From IMG/VR virus record IMGVR_UViG_3300009155_000057: a DNA stretch of 64,000 nt; one strand, given 5' to 3'. Source of the stretch: an uncultured virus (IMG/VR IMGVR_UViG_3300009155_000057) (Duplodnaviria > Heunggongvirae > Uroviricota > Caudoviricetes). Position 1 is the first letter of the stretch, and each line of letters starts with the position of its first letter. A program made the translations under genes and the position numbers. The notes below the pieces were generated by a model. That model worked only from the letters and a program-made list of their open reading frames with translations, did no database searches and was not told the origin of the DNA. Below, one piece after another: positions 58,693 to 64,000 of the stretch.

Positions 58693-59442
58693 ATGAAGCT
58701 GAATATCGGTAACGACGGCATCCCTTTCGGAACCAACATCAACAACATTACCGTTCCTGCTGAAATGCAGAAGCGCTTTATGTCTGGCCTTGATTATTTT
58801 GATGCGGCCATCGGTGGTCGTGGCTTCACTCCGAGCACTTCGATGCTTTTCACCGGTGAATCCGGTGCTGGCAAGACCACGATGCTTCTCACTCTTGCTG
58901 ATCGACTTTCCCATAGTGGCGTCAGCGTTGTCTACAACACTGCTGAAGAGTCTCTCTATCAGGTGAAGATGACTTGTGATCGTCTTCGTTTCCGGCGTGG
59001 ATTCGCTGTTGGCAGCGAAATCAATGTTGAGCGTCTCCTGAAGAAGGCGGATGTCATCCGAAACGCGGCTGCGGCTGCTGGAAAGCATTTTGTTCTCTTT
59101 GTGGATTCGCTCCAGTGTATGGACGATGACAATGGCGGCGGTGCTAATCGCCAAGCTGAACATGCTCTCTTCCGAATCACCTCTTGGTGCAAGGAGCACT
59201 ATACCAATGCAATCGTCATTGGCCAGGTGACCAAGGGCGGCAAGTTCGCTGGTACGAACAAGTTGAAGCATGCCATTGATGCTCACCTCCATCTTGGCTT
59301 TGAAAAGAAGGACGAGGACCTCGTTGGTTGTCGAGTTCTTACTACCGAAAAGAATCGTTTCGGCGGTGGAGTCGGTGACACCACTTGGCTCTCTCTTGGT
59401 GAGAATGGCTTCAAGGTTGTTGCGGTCTCTCAAGAAGAGTAA
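58693..59442 (+). CDS. RadA/Sms-like RecA-family ATPase (no Zn finger or Lon domain)
   Basis: 'GESGAGKTT', 'AEES', 'VDSLQ', 'GQVTKGG.FAG...LKH.ID', 'KNRFG'; AAAGGAG SD; promoter copy at 58622. Confidence 0.88.
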   Translation: MKLNIGNDGIPFGTNINNITVPAEMQKRFMSGLDYFDAAIGGRGFTPSTSMLFTGESGAGKTTMLLTLADRLSHSGVSVVYNTAEESLYQVKMTCDRLRFRRGFAVGSEINVERLLKKADVIRNAAAAAGKHFVLFVDSLQCMDDDNGGGANRQAEHALFRITSWCKEHYTNAIVIGQVTKGGKFAGTNKLKHAIDAHLHLGFEKKDEDLVGCRVLTTEKNRFGGGVGDTTWLSLGENGFKVVAVSQEE

Positions 59443-59606
59443 CAACCCCGCAAAAAAATGCAAAAAAAATTGCAATTTTTTGCGGAATGAGTTAATATCT
59501 AATCAACACGGGGCGACAAAATGTTGCCTCAAAAAACGATCATTGACATATTGCTAATATATGTATGTAATTACTGATGTAGGGCCTAAAAATCCCTACA
59601 TCTTAT

Positions 59607-59677
59607 GTCTCGCTGCTCAAGGAAGAGCGTTCAATGGACAGTCCATTGGATCCCTGGTTCGATTCCGGGGTGAGGCT
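59607..59677 (+). ncRNA. tRNA-like RNA whose anticodon arm is replaced by a fully paired hairpin
   Basis: Acceptor GTCTCGC/GTGAGGC, D arm GCTC/GAGC, T arm CCTGG-TTCGATT-CCGGG; middle arm TTCAATGGAC-A-GTCCATTGGA. Confidence 0.6.
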
Positions 59678-59713
59678 TTAAATCAAAACTGCGAATAAAA
59701 AAAGCATGAAGGT

Positions 59714-59742
59714 ATGCAAATCCGGCCGGCATGTGGTAATAT
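59714..59742 (+). promoter_or_regulatory. early-class promoter ATGCAA-N17-TAATAT for the tRNA array
   Basis: Motif copy with an extended TG. Confidence 0.65.
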
Positions 59743-59785
59743 AAGGACATACGGCGGCTGGAAAATAAAAACAAAAAAAACAAAT

Positions 59786-59857
59786 GGGGATGTAAGCTAA
59801 ACGGGAAACTGGCGGATTTGCACTCCGCTCTTAGGGGTTCGATTCCCCTCGTCTCCA
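59786..59857 (+). tRNA. tRNA-Ala(TGC)
   Basis: Cloverleaf; GCGGA-TTTGCAC-TCCGC; G3:U70. Confidence 0.85.
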
Positions 59858-59957
59858 CTCTTTGGTGCCATCTTATTGGCGATGCATAAGATGAACACTT
59901 TTTCAACCCTTGACAATTTTTATTTTTGGTTGAAAATATTATAACGCATCGACGTAA

Positions 59958-60086
59958 TCACAGCACATGAAAATGTGTTTCCGCATCGTAACTGGCGGCA
60001 GGCTTGAATGGATATATGTATATCACTGTTTTGATACGTAATCACACCATTCTACTCCTTGGCCTGAGTGAACTGTGAAAAGGAGT
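59958..60086 (+). ncRNA. candidate structured ncRNA
   Basis: Nested stems TCACAG/CTGTGA, CACAT-GAAA-ATGTG, CCGC/GCGG, CAGGC/GCCTG, GAATGG/CCATTC. Confidence 0.4.
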
Positions 60087-60092
60087 TTTATT

Positions 60093-60175
60093 GCCCCGGT
60101 TGCATAGAGGCCGATTGCACCGCTCTTGTAAGGCGGAATTCCACACCGTGAGTTCGAATCTCACTCGGGGCTCCA
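60093..60175 (+). tRNA. tRNA-Thr(TGT), enlarged variable region
   Basis: CCGCT-CTTGTAA-GGCGG; T arm; CCA. Confidence 0.85.
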
Positions 60176-60184
60176 TTTAAATAT

Positions 60185-60258
60185 TGCGAGTTGGTGAAGC
60201 GGTCTAACACTGTTGGTTCATACCCAACCATTCACTGGTTCGAATCCAGTACTCGCAA
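60185..60258 (+). tRNA. tRNA-Met/Ile2(CAT)
   Basis: GTTGG-TTCATAC-CCAAC; acceptor TGCGAGT/ACTCGCA. Confidence 0.85.
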
Positions 60259-60320
60259 CTTTTTTGTGTCGGATAGAGCAAAAATTTTAGAATATTTGCT
60301 CTATCCATATACTTAGCTAC

Positions 60321-60797
60321 ATTTCTAATACATATGAAACACACAACTGCAGGTACTGCAACAAGTCATACGAAAAGAAACAGTCAAAATCAGCCCATGA
60401 GAAGTGGTGCAATTCCAAAGTCAGACCTGACCATTCCGGCAAAAAAAACCCCATGTGGGGCAAGTCTGGAAAAAATCAATGGTCAAAGGTTGACTGGGAT
60501 AAGATTGCTTTTGAAGATCTGGGGATCATAAAAAAAAGAGAAAGGCTCCTAAAGGAATCCAATAACAGTTGCACTATGTGCGGTTTCTCAACGACAAAGG
60601 CCGACGGGACAGTGATACTCCAGATCGATCACATCGATGGCAATAGAAAGAACAATACTAAAGAAAATCTTAGAGTACTATGTCCCAACTGTCATGCGGT
60701 ATACTCCGAAAAATTCATGCACATAGGGCAGAAACACTCTGAAGAGTCAAAGAAAAAGTGCTCAAACACTCACTACCGTATCTCTTCGGTTTCCTAA
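60321..60797 (+). mobile_element. HNH homing endonuclease (Zn finger + NUMOD3-like + HNH) inserted at a tRNA-Arg(CCT) locus
   Basis: The frame is open upstream of ATG 60453 (CRYC...HEKWC, SGKKNPMWGK); 'CTMC...QIDHIDGN..NN..ENLRVLCPNCH'. Its stop codon lies in the CCT anticodon loop. Confidence 0.85.
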
Positions 60798-60835
60798 ATC
60801 TGAGGTTGTAAGTTCAAGTCTTACAGGGGATACCA
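60780..60835 (+). tRNA. truncated / D-armless tRNA-Arg(CCT)
   Basis: TTCCTAA loop, T arm GTAAG-TTCAAGT-CTTAC, AGGGGAT-A-CCA; ATCTCTT can supply the 5' acceptor strand. Confidence 0.5.
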
Positions 60836-60840
60836 TTTAT

Positions 60841-60915
60841 GCACCCATGGTCAAGCGGTCAAGACGCTGGATTTTCACTCCGGAATGACGGGTTCGATTC
60901 CCGTTGGGTGTACCA
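60841..60915 (+). tRNA. tRNA-Glu(TTC)
   Basis: CTGGA-TTTTCAC-TCCGG; CCA. Confidence 0.9.
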
Positions 60916-60924
60916 TATAAATAC

Positions 60925-61011
60925 GGGAGAGACGCGGAACGGGTATCCGCACCAGACTGTAAATCTGGCCCTCATAGAGGATTGTAAGTTCGAGCCTCAC
61001 CTCTCCCACCA
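60925..61011 (+). tRNA. tRNA-Tyr(GTA)
   Basis: CCAGA-CTGTAAA-TCTGG; long variable arm; CCA. Confidence 0.88.
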
Positions 61012-61030
61012 CTTTGATAATCAAAAAAAT

Positions 61031-61105
61031 GGGCTGTAAGTGTTGTTGGGGGCACACGGGCTTTGCAAGCCTGAAGGACCGGTTCGATCCCGGTACGGTC
61101 CACCA
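61031..61105 (+). tRNA. tRNA-Ala(TGC)
   Basis: CGGGC-TTTGCAA-GCCTG; G3:U70; CCA. Confidence 0.88.
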
Positions 61106-61110
61106 TTTTT

Positions 61111-61189
61111 CTGGGAATAGCGCAGCCTGGTTAGCGCGCCTGCCTTGGACGCAGGAGGTTCGTGAGTTCAAATCCCACTTCCCAGACCA
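61111..61189 (+). tRNA. tRNA-Pro(TGG)
   Basis: CCTGC-CTTGGAC-GCAGG; CCA. Confidence 0.9.
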
Positions 61190-61197
61190 TTTCATTC

Positions 61198-61273
61198 GGG
61201 TTGTTAGCTCAGTTGGTAGAGCGGCGGACATCAGGGCGCCACGTCGCAGGTTCGATCCCTGCACAACCCACCA
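61198..61273 (+). tRNA. tRNA-like RNA with an aberrant anticodon arm (TCA at canonical positions 34-36)
   Basis: Perfect acceptor GGGTTGT/ACAACCC, D and T arms, CCA; anticodon arm GGCG-GACATCAGGG-CGCC. Confidence 0.6.
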
Positions 61274-61281
61274 CTTCATAC

Positions 61282-61347
61282 GGGGTGTCTACTCATTAGG
61301 AGTAAATGACCGGTCAGTATCAGGTTGAAATCCTGAGCAACCCTCCA
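61282..61347 (+). ncRNA. tRNA-like RNA with a truncated anticodon arm
   Basis: TACTC/GAGTA D arm, TCAGG-TTGAAAT-CCTGA T arm, CCA end; the middle arm is only TGACCGGTCA. Confidence 0.55.
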
Positions 61348-61353
61348 CTTTAT

Positions 61354-61447
61354 GCGCCCATATCGGAACTGCCTTCTAAGCAGGTGCTCATCGTAGAGTA
61401 AACCCCGTAATTGGATTATGTAGGTTCGAGTCCTACTGGGCGTACCA
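61354..61447 (+). tRNA. atypical tRNA-Arg(TCT): no D arm, very long variable region
   Basis: GCGCCCA/TGGGCGT acceptor, CTGC-CTTCTAA-GCAG, T arm GTAGG-TTCGAGT-CCTAC, CCA. Confidence 0.65.
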
Positions 61448-61450
61448 TTT

Positions 61451-61527
61451 GAATGATTTGCGATTGGTCCTTGACCACTGGGTCATTGCCCCCACCATTT
61501 GGAATGGTGCCCGAAAACAAATCATTC
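61451..61527 (+). ncRNA. candidate multi-stem ncRNA
   Basis: Closing stem GAATGATTTG/CAAATCATTC enclosing TGACC/GGTCA and CACCATT/AATGGTG hairpins. Confidence 0.45.
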
Positions 61528-61574
61528 GTTTTTTCTTCAAAACTAAAGTCCCTTAACATTGAAAGGAGATACAA

Positions 61575-61625
61575 ATGAGTATTGTTTTGTCACTGCTTAT
61601 TCTAATCGTAGTTGTAATTGGTTAG
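61575..61625 (+). CDS. 16-aa hydrophobic peptide MSIVLSLLILIVVVIG
   Basis: AAAGGAG SD correctly spaced before the ATG. Confidence 0.45.
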   Translation: MSIVLSLLILIVVVIG

Positions 61626-61634
61626 TAAATCTGA

Positions 61635-61709
61635 GCACCCATGGTCAATTGGTTAAGACGCTGGATTTTCACTCCGGAATGGCGGGTTCGAGTCCTACTG
61701 GGCGTACCA
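61635..61709 (+). tRNA. chimeric tRNA-Glu(TTC)
   Basis: 5' two-thirds near-identical to 60841; 3' 26 nt identical to the tRNA-Arg(TCT) end. Confidence 0.7.
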
Positions 61710-61728
61710 TCTCGATCAAGAGGATAGA

Positions 61729-62004
61729 ATGAAGATCACTTCTGATATGTGCAAAGCGGCGATTGCCGCCAAGGCAGCTGAGAATCCAGACTACATTCGA
61801 TCGCAGTTTGTTCTCCAGCCTGGAGAGAAATTTGACACAAGCTCTTGCACAAAAGTCAAAAACTGGAAACGACTGAGCAAAGAAATGAATGATTGGGGAT
61901 TCACAGAACGAGCGTTTGACTGCGTTCCATACGATGATTAACTTCGTGCATATACGCTTGATGACGGAAATAAAATTCTATCTGTTGAAATCGTGGGAGA
62001 GTAA
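61729..62004 (+). pseudogene. hypothetical gene with an internal TAA (61939-61941)
   Basis: Reading continues LRAYTLDDGNKILSVEIVGE* in the same frame. Confidence 0.45.
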
Positions 62005-62047
62005 TTTAGACTACAAGTCTAAAGCTTTAGATTCAAGCAAAGCTTTT

Positions 62048-62120
62048 GGATCAATAGCTTAATTGACAGAGCGTGGGACTACGGATCCCGATGGTAAAGG
62101 TTTAACTCCTTTTTGGTCCA
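62048..62120 (+). tRNA. tRNA-Arg(ACG), degenerate T loop
   Basis: TGGGA-CTACGGA-TCCCG; T loop TTTAACT. Confidence 0.7.
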
Positions 62121-62163
62121 CTTTTCCTCCAAGACACCAATTTTTAAATAAAAGGAACAAGCA

Positions 62164-62355
62164 ATGTCAAATGAGCAACTTTATTCTATTTCATGTAGTT
62201 GCGGATCACATTACAGACTTCAGGATAATTACTTGGTTTGGTATTGTGGACTTCCTGGATGCAATTTGAGTTATGTACGCTCTCGTTCACAAGAGCCTGA
62301 GGAGGAAGGGGCCTCAATGATGTCACCCAGCGACTTTAAGAATTATTACAAATAA
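62164..62355 (+). CDS. small Cys-containing hypothetical protein
   Basis: AAGGA SD; CxC...CxxxxC. Confidence 0.45.
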   Translation: MSNEQLYSISCSCGSHYRLQDNYLVWYCGLPGCNLSYVRSRSQEPEEEGASMMSPSDFKNYYK

Positions 62356-62365
62356 TGTTTATTAT

Positions 62366-62442
62366 ACGAGTGTAGCTCAGTTGGTTAGAGCACCCGACTG
62401 ATATTCAGGAGCGCAATGGTTCGACTCCACTCACTCGTACCA
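62366..62442 (+). tRNA. tRNA-Ile(GAT)
   Basis: CTGATAT loop; ACGAGTG/CACTCGT; CCA; some stem mismatches. Confidence 0.8.
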
Positions 62443-62447
62443 TTTTT

Positions 62448-62524
62448 AGGATGATAGCTCAATTGGACAGAGCACCAGACTACGAATCTGGCGGTTGAAG
62501 GTTCGACTCCTTTTCATCCTACCA
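62448..62524 (+). tRNA. tRNA-Arg(ACG)
   Basis: CCAGA-CTACGAA-TCTGG; CCA. Confidence 0.9.
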
Positions 62525-62572
62525 TTTTAAATCGGAAGTCTAAATAAATTTGTTGATGTTAATATAATAAAT

Positions 62573-62653
62573 GGGATGCTAGCTTAATGGCAGAGCGGGC
62601 CCGTGGAGGCCCGTGGAGGGCCGAGATATAGGTTCGATCCCTATGCATACCCA
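62573..62653 (+). ncRNA. tRNA-like RNA with a tandem duplication in the anticodon arm
   Basis: D and T arms intact; GGCCCGTGGA occurs twice in tandem. Confidence 0.55.
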
Positions 62654-62661
62654 CCTTCTAT

Positions 62662-62735
62662 ACGGACATAGCTCAGCTGGTTAGAGCAGATGATTCCAAA
62701 TCATCAGGTCAGAGGTTCGAATCCTTTTGTCCGTG
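62662..62735 (+). tRNA. tRNA-Trp(CCA)
   Basis: GATGA-TTCCAAA-TCATC. Confidence 0.9.
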
Positions 62736-62752
62736 CTTTTTAAAATTGATTT

Positions 62753-62826
62753 GGCTTGATGGTGTAATGGGAGCACCCTTGACTGAAGATCAAGTAGTAG
62801 CAGTTCGACCCTGCTTCGAGCCACCA
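62753..62826 (+). tRNA. tRNA-Phe(GAA)
   Basis: CTTGA-CTGAAGA-TCAAG; CCA. Confidence 0.85.
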
Positions 62827-62856
62827 CTTAAATACCAAAAAAAACAAGGAAAAAAC

Positions 62857-63087
62857 GTGAAGTTCATAATTGAATTTCTTGATGGGATTAGTGTGATTTT
62901 TTATGTTTTGTCAGTTTTTTTTATGGTTCTTGTACTAGCAAGGTTAGCTAGTGTAGGGATACTTCCAGCTTTATTTTATTGGCGTGACTTGTTTGTTAGC
63001 GGAAATCCTAATGCTATACTCCTACCAGTACTGGTTTTCTGCTTTGCATTTGTTTTGGATACAATTTCTACTTTTATTAAAAAGTGA
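62857..63087 (+). CDS. small multi-TM membrane protein
   Basis: AAGGA SD with GTG start; hydrophobic helices. Confidence 0.55.
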   Translation: MKFIIEFLDGISVIFYVLSVFFMVLVLARLASVGILPALFYWRDLFVSGNPNAILLPVLVFCFAFVLDTISTFIKK

Positions 63088-63112
63088 TTGGATTAACAAT
63101 CAAAACTATTGA

Positions 63113-63187
63113 TGCGGGGTATATCAGTGGCTGATAGCAAGGCTCATAACCTTGAGGACGCCGGTTCGATTCCGGCCCCCGCTTCCA
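63113..63187 (+). tRNA. tRNA-Met(CAT), initiator-like
   Basis: CAAGG-CTCATAA-CCTTG; unpaired 1:72; CCA. Confidence 0.8.
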
Positions 63188-63206
63188 TCTTAAAAAGGAG
63201 CAATAC

Positions 63207-63527
63207 ATGAGCTTCACTATGAAGTTTGTTTGCTGTGAAGTTGATGATGCTGAGGAAATTATTCCAAACTCTGGTTGCGGTGAGGTAGATCATCTTCATT
63301 TGGATCTGTACAATTACATTGATACAGCTGGTGAAGGTCTTTATGTTACCCTCAAAAATGACGGAACAGTCTTCTTTAAGGAAGAACAATCCTGGTATCA
63401 TCCAAGTTATTGGGATCAATCCAAGCTCATTGAGATTGTTAAGAGCACCACCAACAAGAAGTACTCTCTTGATTTTGGTCAATGTCCCAATTGTGGTGAA
63501 TGCGCTCTTGTTGAATATAGTGAATAA
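63207..63527 (+). CDS. hypothetical protein with Cys pairs
   Basis: AAAGGAG SD; C-terminal CPNC. Confidence 0.6.
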   Translation: MSFTMKFVCCEVDDAEEIIPNSGCGEVDHLHLDLYNYIDTAGEGLYVTLKNDGTVFFKEEQSWYHPSYWDQSKLIEIVKSTTNKKYSLDFGQCPNCGECALVEYSE

Positions 63528-63742
63528 GATTAATTGTAATTGAGCAAAATTTGCTCTTACAAACTAAGTTTGGCAGTAGCTCAAGAGATGATATGGAATC
63601 CTCGCGCAAGGTTCTGTATTGTTACGATATCCAGAAAAATTTTTAGTGTGGGTCGACACACATTAGACATCTTTTGGAGAATGCTTAGAGCACCATTCCG
63701 CGGAGGGGTGGAGATGATGCACAGTGCATCCTGTTCAATAAT

Positions 63743-63818
63743 GGGAGGTTAGCTCAGTCGGGAGAGCAATAGCCTTACAAGCTATGGGTCATTGGTTCGA
63801 ACCCAATACCTCCCACCA
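63743..63818 (+). tRNA. tRNA-Val(TAC)
   Basis: ATAGC-CTTACAA-GCTAT; CCA. Confidence 0.92.
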
Positions 63819-63835
63819 TTTCAAATAAGTTTTGT

Positions 63836-63911
63836 TGCAGGTTGGTGAAGTGGCCTACCACGAGCGGGTTCATACTTGCTTTATTCATCGGTTCGAATCC
63901 GATACCTGCTA
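63836..63911 (+). tRNA. tRNA-Met(CAT), irregular anticodon stem
   Basis: TTCATAC loop; T arm ATCGG-TTCGAAT-CCGAT; similar to 60185. Confidence 0.7.
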
Positions 63912-63916
63912 CCGCT

Positions 63917-63990
63917 GTGTCTGTTCCCTAATTGGTTAAGGGGCCTGGTTGTGACCCAGGTATATGCGGGTTCAAGTCCCGCCAGACACC
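63917..63990 (+). tRNA. tRNA-His(GTG)
   Basis: CCTGG-TTGTGAC-CCAGG; C73 discriminator. Confidence 0.88.
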
Positions 63991-64000
63991 TTTTTAAGAC

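Noticed and set aside
58543..59475. 310-aa minus-strand ORF
   Set aside because: Antisense shadow of the RadA-like gene; explained by codon bias.
60334..60531. 65-aa ORF upstream of the HNH
   Set aside because: The overlapping frame encodes a clear Zn finger and NUMOD3-like motif continuous with the HNH, so this frame is likely spurious.
60839..61328. ORFs 60839..61039, 60875..61279 and 61014..61328
   Set aside because: They overlap well-formed tRNA genes.
61451..61527. Hammerhead ribozyme
   Set aside because: Three stems and a GAAA are present, but the CUGAnGA core is absent.
62746..62856. TTG start for the 62746..63087 ORF
   Set aside because: Overlaps tRNA-Phe; GTG 62857 with an SD is the better start.
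1..64000. Genome-wide stop-codon reassignment
   Set aside because: TGA, TAG and TAA all end well-defined genes, many in ATGA/TAATG overlaps, and conserved enzymes are full length in the standard code.
1..64000. CRISPR array or cas genes
   Set aside because: No regularly spaced repeat-spacer series or Cas motifs were seen.

Overview
This is a 64 kb segment of a large (jumbo) tailed dsDNA bacteriophage, coded almost entirely on the + strand. A CglF/GltF-like gliding-motility gene points to a Myxococcota- or Bdellovibrionota-type host (inference). Two gene classes are interleaved. (1) Replication, repair and metabolism genes, many behind a repeated RTGCAA-N17/18-TAnnnT promoter: a DnaE-type polymerase, a cytosine-modification operon (glycosyltransferase, dNMP kinase, Asp-type thymidylate-synthase-fold enzyme, NDP-sugar epimerase, thymidine kinase, DHH phosphoesterase, dCMP deaminase), 5'-3' exonuclease, GroEL, a sigma70-family factor, UvsE, a two-subunit type II topoisomerase, RNA ligase, DNA ligase, MT-A70 methyltransferase, PolX and RadA. 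(2) A large set of putative late/virion genes, often behind an ATAnTTA motif. Many share a 'MxITESQLRxIIREE...LxE' leader fused to varied cargo: three ADP-ribosyltransferase-like proteins, a kinase, SOD, PCD and helical membrane proteins. The last 4.4 kb is a tRNA array with about 15 recognisable tRNAs, several structurally aberrant tRNA-like RNAs, an HNH insertion and two candidate ncRNAs. The most notable items are: dnaE is broken twice (an 8-nt TGATAACC interruption inside the PHP motif, and a naturally split intein flanking a Vsr-like homing endonuclease); a probable non-glucose sugar-on-modified-cytosine DNA pathway; a leader-tagged capsid-cargo system; an A_AAA_AAG -1 frameshift; and tRNA mimics lacking a normal anticodon arm or D arm. 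All calls come from reading motifs by eye; no database searches or folding programs were run.
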